Part shown: positions 8,709-17,352 of the stretch, one piece after another
How the letters are laid out: the number at the start of each line of letters is the position of its first letter
How positions within the stretch are numbered: position 1 is the first letter of the stretch
Notes under the pieces: model-generated
What the model saw: the letters and a program-made list of their open reading frames with translations, nothing else
The model's database searches: none
What the model was told of the DNA's origin: nothing
Source of the DNA: Gemmatimonadaceae bacterium
GTDB lineage: Bacteria; Gemmatimonadota; Gemmatimonadetes; Gemmatimonadales; Gemmatimonadaceae
Assembly (NCBI GenBank): GCA_044224875.1
Contig: JBGAJQ010000063.1
Location: forward strand, 1 to 29,316
Length of the DNA stretch: 29,316 nucleotides
Reading direction: 5' to 3'
Position numbers and translations under genes: made by a program

Positions 8709-9431
8709 ATGCTCTCCCTACGAACTCTCGCCGAGTGCAAGGACATCACGGGGACGTTCCAGGTTGTCCGTGACTTCTTTGGGCATCAGACCGGCGCACC
8801 GCAGGAGCTTTCGTTGTTCCGTCAGCTGCAGCTCGTCCGGCAGTGGCACGTCGACATCAACGTCATTCTTGTTGGCTCAGAGAGCTTCGGCTGGGACGAA
8901 CAGGCGGAGATCGACGGGGCCATCGCGTACATGCGTGAGGCGTATGGCTCCGTGGACTATGGGGTCGGCCGCGTACGTTGGTTCGGTATCCCGCTACAGG
9001 ACGCCAACGGTCACGAGCATATCGCCGATGACGGCGAGGCCAAGGACCTGACCCAGGAGTGGAGCGTTTCCAACTACGCGCTCGACGTGTTCTTCGTCCT
9101 CACGTACGCCGGCTCGACCATCGGCGAGGCGCCACGCAAGGGACCCGACTCAAAGGATGCGTGGGGGGCCATGACCGGCGTGGTACTGGCGATCGAAGGA
9201 ACGTCGTTCGACACTGGGCAGGTGCTCGCCCGCGAGGTGTGCCGCTACCTTGGCCTCAAGGACAGCGAGAACAGCAATAACCTCATGTATCCCACAGTGC
9301 CTAACGGTGGCAATCTGACCAACCCGCAAGGCGAAGAGATGGTGTCGACTGGGGGTACCTACGCCAACTACTACACCGTGTTTCCGTGCATCAAGAACTA
9401 CGACGTTGTGCTCACAGGAGGTCACTGGTGA
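8709..9431 (+). CDS. Metzincin-like protein with degenerate zinc motif (probable pseudo-protease)
   Basis: LAREVCRYLGLKD...NNLMYP matches the HExxHxxGxx(H/D) plus Met-turn spacing, but with Arg at both His positions. Starts 2 nt after the fibre gene stop. Confidence 0.7.
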   Translation: MLSLRTLAECKDITGTFQVVRDFFGHQTGAPQELSLFRQLQLVRQWHVDINVILVGSESFGWDEQAEIDGAIAYMREAYGSVDYGVGRVRWFGIPLQDANGHEHIADDGEAKDLTQEWSVSNYALDVFFVLTYAGSTIGEAPRKGPDSKDAWGAMTGVVLAIEGTSFDTGQVLAREVCRYLGLKDSENSNNLMYPTVPNGGNLTNPQGEEMVSTGGTYANYYTVFPCIKNYDVVLTGGHW

Positions 9432-10576
9432 CCGTCGACCGTCGCGTTCTAGCAAGCGCTGAGAACCCACCAGCTGGCAGCCGCGGCGACCATTCGCTTG
9501 GTCGTCAGCCACGCGGGCGGCAGCGAGCCGAGACGGCTACGGAGGTTGGCGGGCCGTCCATACCTGTGGAGCGCCCCTCCGCGCAACGTCGCCGGCAATC
9601 GACGACAGCGAGTGATGTCGTGCGCGGCCAAGCGTTAGGCGCCGAGCCTTGCCGAACGCGAGCGCGAGCGATCGTCGCCGTTGGAAGGAGCGGCGCGCCC
9701 ACACACGTGGATGACCTGGCTGCGATCCTCCGCAACGGCTCGAACTCGGAGCGCCATCGCGCGCTTGCCATCGCCATGCTTGGCAAGATCAATCGCGACG
9801 GGGCCCGTGGCATCCTGGTCGAGGCGCTCTCGCACGTGGGGAACCACCTCACAGGCCGATGTGCGCTGGCGTTGGCACGGATCGGCGATGCCTCTGCGGT
9901 GCCTGCCCTGCAGCAGACTACGACACGCCTCACGGGGCTGCCGTTGGCGCAGGTTCACTTCGCGCTCCGCATGATCTCGCATCGTCACCACCTGGATGTC
10001 TCGGCCCTTCCGGCGTTGAACACCGACGTCCTCGAGGCGTGTGCCGACGAGCTGCGCCCGGTCCGGGTGCGGCAAGCCGACATGCTGACCCTCCAGCTGG
10101 CCCTGCGTGACTTGGAAGACGAACCCTTTGGCATCGAGTGGAGCGAACCGGGGGCGCAAGTCTTCACGTGTGAGGAGACCGTCTCTGTGCTGCTGCTTAA
10201 CCGCCAGCTGCACCAAACGGACGGCGTGTACTCGCTGGTCAAGCGCCCCATGGTCGCCGCCATCGTCGCACGCGCCACGGATGCCAGCCCTGTCTTCACC
10301 CCCTACCTGGTTGTCCTCACCGCCCCACTGCCTCACGCGACACAGGTAGCGATTGCGGCGTTCCAGCCGAACGGAACGCCGGCCTTTGGCGGTGTCGGGG
10401 CCGTGAACGACGGACGGCTGGCATTTGAGGTGCGCGGGCTACGTCGCGCTGGTGGGTACGCGGCGCGGGTGAGCGGCGTGCTCGACGAGTCGGGGCCGGT
10501 GATCGAGCAGACACTGGTGGGTCAGCTGCTTCACGGCGTACGCAATCCCGGGCTGGCGGCCAGGCCGCGGCGCTAG
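9428..10576 (+). CDS. HEAT/PBS-lyase-like repeat protein with C-terminal beta-rich domain
   Basis: RALAIAMLGKI...LVEAL...RCALALARIGDASAVPALQ helical repeats. In-frame GTG overlaps the upstream stop (GTGA). The N-terminal ~70 aa are low-complexity, so the start is uncertain. Confidence 0.65.
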   Translation: MTVDRRVLASAENPPAGSRGDHSLGRQPRGRQRAETATEVGGPSIPVERPSAQRRRQSTTASDVVRGQALGAEPCRTRARAIVAVGRSGAPTHVDDLAAILRNGSNSERHRALAIAMLGKINRDGARGILVEALSHVGNHLTGRCALALARIGDASAVPALQQTTTRLTGLPLAQVHFALRMISHRHHLDVSALPALNTDVLEACADELRPVRVRQADMLTLQLALRDLEDEPFGIEWSEPGAQVFTCEETVSVLLLNRQLHQTDGVYSLVKRPMVAAIVARATDASPVFTPYLVVLTAPLPHATQVAIAAFQPNGTPAFGGVGAVNDGRLAFEVRGLRRAGGYAARVSGVLDESGPVIEQTLVGQLLHGVRNPGLAARPRR

Positions 10577-10741
10577 GCATCTCGCCCCGCGAGCGGCGTC
10601 GCTTCATGGCGATGATCCCTGCCCGAAGCACGTCGTGTGTCTTTCCAGTCAGTCGCTCTCCGCGCGGGACTGCGAGTGCCACGGCGTCAGCGCGAACAAC
10701 GCCGCGATGGGGGCGCAACAGGCAGTGCAGGAATGCCCGGT

Positions 10742-10770
10742 TTGACGGCAGAGTACGGCATCAGTACGTT
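10742..10770 (+). promoter_or_regulatory. Sigma70-type promoter of the repeat lipoprotein gene
   Basis: TTGACG-N17-TACGTT, followed by GGAGGGGAG RBS and ATG 10800. Confidence 0.55.
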
Positions 10771-10799
10771 TTCGAGTCGCATGATGACCGGAGGGGAGA

Positions 10800-11834
10800 A
10801 TGAAAGGGACGTGGCGGCTACTTACAGGTGCGATGATCGCGGCAGGATGCCGTGCCAGTACGGATGGACCCGTTGAGCCGACCCGGGCGTTGGAGCTGTC
10901 GGCGGTGGTCGCTCGGACGTGGACACCGGTCGACCTCGGGAACGACCCCTTCTACTTTGGAACAGTCGCCACCGCGATCAGCGCATCGGGCACAATCGCC
11001 GGGTATAGCTATCAACCGTACGCTCCGCCGATACCGTGGGTAATGAGACCCGGAAGCACATGGCGCTACCTGAAGCCACTCCCAGGCGACTCCGGCGCTT
11101 ACCCCTCCGGCGTCAATAGTCACGGACTCATGTCCGGTACCTCACAAACGGGAGCCAGTGGTCCGTACCGCCCAGTATACTGGGCCGATGGAACCACGGC
11201 ACAGGCGGTCCCGGGGATCACCTCGGGACAAACGTATCAGGTTAGTGAGTCAGGCTGGATCGTCGGAGATTCGTATTCTCCCCAGATTCTCGGCTTCCGG
11301 TATAGGCCGGGCCAGACCGTTGAGTTTCTCCAACCAGATACGAGGTACCCGTTCACGAAGGCATATTCAATCAATGATGCCGGATATGCGGTCGGTGAGT
11401 CGAACGGCCCCGTTGTCTGGACGCCGTCCGGCCAGGTCCTCAGGATCCCTGTCCCGCCGGCGTTTACGCATGGAGCAGCGACACACATAAACAATCGCGG
11501 CGATATCGTCGGGTACTTTTCCAACGGCACCGCGCTGTGGACGGCTTTCGTGAAGTACCGCTCCGGCCCCGTCCAGCTGTTGACGATGCCCACTGGCATG
11601 GCATGGAGCTTCGCGTTCTCCGTCGACGCTCGCGGAACCGTGTTTGGTTGGGCCACGCAAGGGTACGGTTACCAGACGACCGATTTCGTCTGGGAGAACG
11701 GGATTCCCTCGCCAGTGCCTCAGTGGCCGGGGGCTTTGTCGTCAGTGTACGGAGTGAATGAGTGTGGAGTGATGGTTGGCAGCGCGAGCATTGGCGGAAC
11801 GCCACACGCGCTGCGCTGGGACACGACGTGCTAG
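10800..11834 (+). CDS. Lipoprotein with HAF-type extracellular repeats (probable beta-propeller)
   Basis: Lipobox-like IAAG-C. Repeated motifs ATAISASGTIAGYS, SGVNSHGLMSGTS, YSINDAGYAVGES, THINNRGDIVGYF and YGVNECGVMVGS. Confidence 0.75.
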   Translation: MKGTWRLLTGAMIAAGCRASTDGPVEPTRALELSAVVARTWTPVDLGNDPFYFGTVATAISASGTIAGYSYQPYAPPIPWVMRPGSTWRYLKPLPGDSGAYPSGVNSHGLMSGTSQTGASGPYRPVYWADGTTAQAVPGITSGQTYQVSESGWIVGDSYSPQILGFRYRPGQTVEFLQPDTRYPFTKAYSINDAGYAVGESNGPVVWTPSGQVLRIPVPPAFTHGAATHINNRGDIVGYFSNGTALWTAFVKYRSGPVQLLTMPTGMAWSFAFSVDARGTVFGWATQGYGYQTTDFVWENGIPSPVPQWPGALSSVYGVNECGVMVGSASIGGTPHALRWDTTC

Positions 11835-11871
11835 GTTGACGACCAGGACTGGCCTGCGACGATCCATGAGC

Positions 11872-12003
11872 TTCGTCGTCGCAGGACTGCATCAGCTGCT
11901 GAGCGAGATCGACCCCCTGCGCCGTGGTCAGTGTGTCGTCGTAGTGAATGTCGTAGAAAGCAGTGTGACCGCCGTTGGGCAGACCTGTCGTGATGGATGC
12001 CAT
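11872..12003 (-). pseudogene. Truncated 5' gene fragment (44 codons)
   Basis: GGAGG RBS then MASITTGLPNGGHTAFYDIHYDDTLTTAQGVDLAQQLMQSCDDE. The frame then becomes non-protein-like and runs antisense into the lipoprotein gene. Confidence 0.5.
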
Positions 12004-12264
12004 GGCACCTCCCGAGTGCGCGGTGGTCGCACCCGCTTTCGTCGGAGTGGCGGAGCGTGCCGGCCACCGCACATATACGAATTCGTGGGAGTCAACATCT
12101 TCTCAATGCCGCGACAACCACTCGTGTATCGGGCGATGCAAGCTACACCGTGTGATGATCACGTGGGCACGGGCCTCAGGGCGCACATTCCCTGATAAGT
12201 CTCTGGACCAGCGTCAGCGGTCACATTCCGGGCCTAACGCTGCTGCCCCGCGGTTGGCCACCCC

Positions 12265-14109
12265 TCACCCCTGCCGCTTGAGCTTCAGCGTGGGCCGCGG
12301 CGCCGGCTGCTCCAGCGTCGCCCCCGTGACCGCGCCGTTCGCCAACTCGAACGTGAAGTAGAAGCCGTCGGGCATGTCCGGCGGCCCCGTCATCCGGAAG
12401 CGTGTGGGGGTGATGGCCACCAGCGTATAGGCCGGCTGGCCCGGTACCGTCAGCTTCAAAGCGTCCCCGACGACCTGCACCTCGATCGTGAGCGGCAGGT
12501 TCTCGGGCGCGTACTTCCCCGTCAGCTTCGACAGGTCGGCGGCCAACAGCGCCACCGCCGGTTTCGTGTCCGCCTTTGGCGGCATGGCGCGGAAGTCGAC
12601 CGGTCCCTCCAGCTCGGTGTGCAGGGCCACCACCTTCCCGTCGCTGCCGACCTCAAAGCGCATCATCGTCTTGCCGAGTGTGCGGGCGTCCCACGTCACG
12701 CGGAAGGCGTCGTAGTTCCAATGTTCCAGGGTGCCGTGGAAGGTCGGGCCGCGCGCGATCCGGAGCTTCCCGCCGTCGAGCGACACGACCACATCGCCGT
12801 ACAGCGAGTCGAGGTAGCGACCAGCGTACTTCTCGAGCGCGAGCGTCGGCGAGGTGCCGGCGACGCGTGCCTTCTCCAGCCGCTCCTCCGTCTCCTTGCC
12901 CTGCTTCAGCACCTCGTCGATCACCTTCTTGAAGTCCCCCGACCAGTCGCTCGGCGCATCCGAAAGAAGCTGGTCGAACGCACGGTACATCAGCGCGTCA
13001 CGGAGCAGTGTGCCATTCATGTTGGTCAACACCACCACGCCCAGATGCTCCTCAGGCATGAAGGCAACCATCGCCGACATGCCGTCGATGTTTCCACCGT
13101 GCTGCACCAGGAAGCGGCCGCGGAAGTCCTGCGTGAACCACCCCATGCCGTACGACTGCAGGTGCGCACCGCCGGAGATCTTGCCGCCGAGCCCCTCCAG
13201 GCGGATTGGCGTGTTCGGCATGCGCGTCTCGCGCAGTGTGCCCGCGCTGACGAGCTGCGTCCCCTCGAACTTCCCGTCGCCGAGCTGGAAGCGGACCCAG
13301 TGCGCCATCTCCTCGACGTTGGAGTTGATGGAGCCGGCGGGGGCGATGTTGTCGATGTCGCGCCAGGGAATGACGCGCACGGTGTCGTCGACGATCGCGT
13401 GCGGCTGGGCGACGTTGGCCTGCCCCGCGAGGGCCTTCACCGAGGTGTTGCTGGCGGTCATGCCGAGCGGTGCGAAGATGCGCCGCTTCACGAAGTCGTC
13501 CCACGTCATGCCCGACGCGGCCGCCAGGCTCTGCCCGGCCGCCAGGTACATCACGTTCTGGTAGCCGAACTGCCCGCGGAAACCCCATGACGGTTTGTTG
13601 TACCTGACGCGGCGCAGGACCTCGTTCCGGTCGTACTCGGATCCGTACCATGAGAGGTCGCCGCGCGAGAGGCCGCTGCGGTGCGAGAGCGCGTCACGCA
13701 GGGTGAGGTCCCGCGTCGCGTACGAGTCCCACAGCTGGAAGGAGGGGAGGAACTTCGTGACCGGGTCCTCCCAGCGCATCTTGGCGTCGTCGACCATCAT
13801 CGCGATCGACGTGGCGGTGAACGCCTTCGACGACGAGCCGATGGCGAAGATCGTCTTGCTGTCGACGGGCGCGGGATCGCCCAGCGTTCGGACGCCGTAG
13901 CCCTTGAGGAGCAGGACCGAGTCATTGCGGACGATCGCCAGGGCCGTGCCGGGGACGCGGAACTCCTGCATCGATTTCGCGACGTAGGCATCGAATCCGT
14001 CGAGTGGGTCCTTCTTCTTTCCCTTCTGCGCGGCGGACGTCGCAAGGGGCAGCAGGACGAGGGCCAGCGCGATTCTACGCGTCCGGGCGAAGGTGAAGGC
14101 AATGCGCAT
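12265..14109 (-). CDS. Secreted serine hydrolase, beta-lactamase/PBP fold, with C-terminal DUF3471-like domain(s)
   Basis: Signal peptide; IGSSSK (SxxK), YQN and HGG motifs; LEKYAGRY.DSLYG C-terminal domain. Confidence 0.9.
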   Translation of the reverse strand: MRIAFTFARTRRIALALVLLPLATSAAQKGKKKDPLDGFDAYVAKSMQEFRVPGTALAIVRNDSVLLLKGYGVRTLGDPAPVDSKTIFAIGSSSKAFTATSIAMMVDDAKMRWEDPVTKFLPSFQLWDSYATRDLTLRDALSHRSGLSRGDLSWYGSEYDRNEVLRRVRYNKPSWGFRGQFGYQNVMYLAAGQSLAAASGMTWDDFVKRRIFAPLGMTASNTSVKALAGQANVAQPHAIVDDTVRVIPWRDIDNIAPAGSINSNVEEMAHWVRFQLGDGKFEGTQLVSAGTLRETRMPNTPIRLEGLGGKISGGAHLQSYGMGWFTQDFRGRFLVQHGGNIDGMSAMVAFMPEEHLGVVVLTNMNGTLLRDALMYRAFDQLLSDAPSDWSGDFKKVIDEVLKQGKETEERLEKARVAGTSPTLALEKYAGRYLDSLYGDVVVSLDGGKLRIARGPTFHGTLEHWNYDAFRVTWDARTLGKTMMRFEVGSDGKVVALHTELEGPVDFRAMPPKADTKPAVALLAADLSKLTGKYAPENLPLTIEVQVVGDALKLTVPGQPAYTLVAITPTRFRMTGPPDMPDGFYFTFELANGAVTGATLEQPAPRPTLKLKRQG

Positions 14110-14149
14110 GGGCGAGGTCTGAGATGGGGACGAGGCGCCGCGAGGCGCC

Positions 14150-14245
14150 GTGCCGTGGAACAATGTCGGGTGCGGAGCGCGTCAAACACCGGGAGCGGCA
14201 TGGCTCGTCGGAGCTGAAGCGCCGAGGTGTGCATTATAGCCAATC
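14150..14245 (-). pseudogene. Relic promoter and 5' end of a cupin gene paralogue
   Basis: 14182-14241 aligns ungapped to 16117-16176 (49/60 identical by hand count), including TATAAT. Translates MPLPVFDAL versus cupin MPLTAFDSV, with a frameshifted FHG remnant. Confidence 0.7.
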
Positions 14246-14287
14246 CGTACCGGCGCGGTAATTTCCACAGCCCTTCGACTCCAGCAC

Positions 14288-15274
14288 ATGCCAACGCACC
14301 CGGACCGCCATCCCTCCCGCCGCGAGTTCCTTCGGCAGACCGGCTCATGCGCCGCGCACCTTGCGCTCGCCGCCGCAGTGTTGCCGCCGTCCCTCCGACA
14401 CCGGTGGACCGCACCGACCGTGGGTCGAGTGGTCGCCGCTGAACCGTTCGGCCGGATCGAGGAGTTGGGCCCGGCGCTCTGGGCACTCGTCTCCACGCCC
14501 TTATCGGGTGACTATACCACCCTGTCCAACGCCGCGATCATCGCCGGCAGCAGCGGTGTGCTGGTGATCGAGGGGCTGATGCAGCCGACGGGCGCCACCT
14601 GGCTGGCGGAACAGGCCCGTCAGCTCACCGGCCGGTGGCCAACCCACGTGCTGATCACGCACTACCATAGCGACCACAGTAACGGTGTCGCCGGCTACTT
14701 CGAGGGCGGGCAGAAACCCGCCGTGTGGACCACTGGGATCACCCGCGACTGGGCGGTGCAGAAGAACCAACCTAACGAGGCGCGCCAGGCAATCCTACGA
14801 CAGGTCGTGACCGTGGACGCCGAGCAGGAGTCGAGCCTCGAGCTGGGTGGGCGGACCGTCCGGCTGATCCCGAGGCGCGGCCACACCCAGAGCGACCTCA
14901 CGGTGGTGCTGGAGGAGCCCCGGACCGTGTTCGCCGGTGACCTGCTCTGGAACGGGATGTTTCCCAACTACGTCGATGCCATGCCCTCGCGTCTGGCACG
15001 ATCGGTGGCTCAGCTACGCCAGGGGGCAGGAGCGACGTATGTGCCTGGTCACGGGCCCATCGCGCGCGACGCCGATCTCGATCGCTACCAAGCCTTTCTG
15101 AACGAGATCGGGCGAGCTGCAACGGACGCGCACGCGAAGGGTCTGACCGCGGCCGACGGCGCGGCCGGTTACAGCCTGCCGGCCTCGCTCGGCGAGTGGA
15201 CGCTGTTCAACAAGCGGTTCATCGAGACAGCGTTCGGCGCGTGGTACCGGGAGTTGGAGGCGCCGGGGGGTTGA
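14288..15274 (+). CDS. Tat-exported MBL-fold metallo-hydrolase
   Basis: SRREFL twin-arginine signal; THYHSDH, GHT, FAGDL and VPGHG motifs. Confidence 0.9.
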   Translation: MPTHPDRHPSRREFLRQTGSCAAHLALAAAVLPPSLRHRWTAPTVGRVVAAEPFGRIEELGPALWALVSTPLSGDYTTLSNAAIIAGSSGVLVIEGLMQPTGATWLAEQARQLTGRWPTHVLITHYHSDHSNGVAGYFEGGQKPAVWTTGITRDWAVQKNQPNEARQAILRQVVTVDAEQESSLELGGRTVRLIPRRGHTQSDLTVVLEEPRTVFAGDLLWNGMFPNYVDAMPSRLARSVAQLRQGAGATYVPGHGPIARDADLDRYQAFLNEIGRAATDAHAKGLTAADGAAGYSLPASLGEWTLFNKRFIETAFGAWYRELEAPGG

Positions 15275-15290
15275 GGGCAATTCGCGTCAG

Positions 15291-15719
15291 CTATCTCCCC
15301 AGCTGTTCAACGGGGTCAGACGACGGGATCAGGAGGGAGAAGGCGCTCGCGAGGAGCACCGCGGCAAGCAGTATGTGGGCCATTGTGGTAAGGCCGTCGA
15401 AGCCCGGCTCTCGTCGAATGATGTCGAGATAGGCACGCCAGGAGAGCAGCCAGAGGCCGACGAGCAACGAAAATCCACCGAGGGATCGCAGGAGGACTGC
15501 CCGAAAAGCGGGAGTGAGGCGCCTGGTAAGCGGCGCGGATCCTGTGGCGCGCGTGCGGTAAAGAATGCCAGCCGGAACACCAAGGAACATCGCAACAAAC
15601 CACGCCGCGAGCGCGAGCGCGTCGTTAGGAATCGTGGCGGCGATTGCGAACAACGCCAAGGTACAACAGACAGCGAGTCGGAAAGTGCCTAACCGCAGGG
15701 TGATCTTGGTCCTTCGCAT
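15291..15719 (-). CDS. Small hypothetical membrane protein (about 4 TM)
   Basis: GGAGG RBS before MRRTKI; four hydrophobic segments; has its own promoter candidate. Confidence 0.6.
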   Translation of the reverse strand: MRRTKITLRLGTFRLAVCCTLALFAIAATIPNDALALAAWFVAMFLGVPAGILYRTRATGSAPLTRRLTPAFRAVLLRSLGGFSLLVGLWLLSWRAYLDIIRREPGFDGLTTMAHILLAAVLLASAFSLLIPSSDPVEQLGR

Positions 15720-15741
15720 CGGGGTCCATCCTCCCGACGAC

Positions 15742-15770
15742 AGTCTGGCCCCGACTTCTGCCGCTGTCAA
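15742..15770 (-). promoter_or_regulatory. Sigma70-type promoter candidate
   Basis: Minus strand TTGACA-N17-CAGACT upstream of ATG 15719. Confidence 0.4.
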
Positions 15771-15815
15771 ACCACCGCGATTGAAGCGCCCATCCGTGGT
15801 TTCGGATCCTGCTGC

Positions 15816-16136
15816 TCAGCGATAGTCGGCGCGACAGGGATTGAACACATCGATCACCTGACAGGCCGTGTGCGCGCGCCCGGAATGCACGGCGTGCGGC
15901 GGAATGTAGAGCACACTGCCGGGTTGAAGCACGTGCGAGACGCCTTCGACCACCAGTTCCAACGTCCCCGACAACACGGTGGACCACTGCTCGTGTGGGT
16001 GCGAGTGTGCCGGCAGGAGTGCGCCGGGCTCGATGTCGATCCGGCCGATGGTCACCTGGTCGGAGTGCACGTAGTGCCCGTGAAAGCCGGGAGCGATCGT
16101 ACGCGCGGGAACGCTATCAAACGCCGTGAGAGGCAT
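15816..16136 (-). CDS. Cupin-domain protein
   Basis: PAHSHPHEQ...SG.LEL...PG..LYIPPHAVHSG cupin motifs. Start put at MPLTAF because the upstream ATG (16169) overlaps a TATAAT -10 box. Confidence 0.88.
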   Translation of the reverse strand: MPLTAFDSVPARTIAPGFHGHYVHSDQVTIGRIDIEPGALLPAHSHPHEQWSTVLSGTLELVVEGVSHVLQPGSVLYIPPHAVHSGRAHTACQVIDVFNPCRADYR

Positions 16137-16381
16137 GGGTCGTCGGAGCTGAGGACGCGGTGTGTTCATTATAGCCTACTCGCACGTGCGCCGTCACGCG
16201 TCGGCCGCCGAACCCCGGCCGTGCTCACCACAAGGGGCGTTTGAGGCACCTTCGCCGCCGGCGGTGGCCACAACCGAGGGGGCGCTTCAAGCACCCTCGC
16301 CGGCTGTCGTACGTCGGTTGGCGCGGCCTGCCCCCCGCGGGAGCTACAAGCCTAACGAATGCCTCACATAAGAGATATTCG

Positions 16382-16393
16382 TATCATTTGATA
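16382..16393. promoter_or_regulatory. Palindromic site in an AT-rich patch upstream of the ABC operon
   Basis: TATCA-TT-TGATA. Confidence 0.4.
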
Positions 16394-16464
16394 GTGCGGG
16401 AGGATTCTAGTAGCTTCGCGCAGCGGCGCCACGGACTGTGCGCTCCCCCGCGCGAGGAATCGAG

Positions 16465-17343
16465 ATGCTCAAGATCGACCAGCTCACTCACGTATATCCC
16501 AACGGTACGCGCGCGCTCGACGCGCTCACGATAGAAGTGCCGCGTGGGATGTTTGGATTGCTCGGACCGAATGGGGCCGGCAAGTCGACGTTGATGCGGT
16601 GCATCGCCACCCTGCAGGTGCCGACCTCGGGCTCGATTGTCTTCGACTCGGTCGATGTCCTCGCGACTCCCGATGTCCTGCGACGCACCCTCGGCTACCT
16701 GCCACAGGACTTTGGCGTCTATCCGCGTGTGACCGCGTACGAAATGCTCGATCACCTTGCGGTGCTCAAGGGCTTCGGAGAACGGCGAGCGCGACGTGAG
16801 GTCGTCGATGCGCTACTGCAGCAGGTCAACCTGTGGGACGTCCGGCGGAAGGCCCTCGCCTCCTTCTCGGGAGGCATGCGGCAACGTTTTGGCATCGCAC
16901 AGGCGCTGATCGGTCAGCCGCACCTGCTCATCGTCGACGAGCCTACGGCAGGCCTGGACCCGGAGGAGAGTGATCGCTTCCTGAATCTCCTGGCCGAGAC
17001 CGCGGAGAACATCGTGGTGATCCTGTCGACACACATCGTGCAGGACGTGGCGGAATTGTGCCAGCGCATGGCGATCATCGCCGATGGACGCATCGTGCAG
17101 GCTGGAGCACCCATGGAGCTGATCGCCGCGTTGCGCGGGCGTGTCTGGCGCAAGGCGGTCCACAAGTCGGAGCTGGAGGCACACCGCGCCGAGCATGACG
17201 TGATCGCCACGCGACTCTTCGGCGGACGTACGGTGATTCACGTGCTGGCGGATGCGTCGCCTAGCAGCGACTTCGAGCCCGCGGAGGGCGGACTGGAGGA
17301 TGTGTACTTCTCCACGTTACCCAGGAAACCCCGGAGCGCGTGA
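16465..17343 (+). CDS. ABC transporter ATP-binding protein
   Basis: Walker A GPNGAGKS, signature FSGGMRQ, Walker B IVDEPTAGLD and H-loop STH. Confidence 0.95.
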   Translation: MLKIDQLTHVYPNGTRALDALTIEVPRGMFGLLGPNGAGKSTLMRCIATLQVPTSGSIVFDSVDVLATPDVLRRTLGYLPQDFGVYPRVTAYEMLDHLAVLKGFGERRARREVVDALLQQVNLWDVRRKALASFSGGMRQRFGIAQALIGQPHLLIVDEPTAGLDPEESDRFLNLLAETAENIVVILSTHIVQDVAELCQRMAIIADGRIVQAGAPMELIAALRGRVWRKAVHKSELEAHRAEHDVIATRLFGGRTVIHVLADASPSSDFEPAEGGLEDVYFSTLPRKPRSA

Positions 17344-17352
17344 GGGACTGAC

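Noticed and set aside
7090..10576. Prophage call based on the fibre-like gene
   Set aside because: No other phage structural, packaging, lysis or integration genes in the window.
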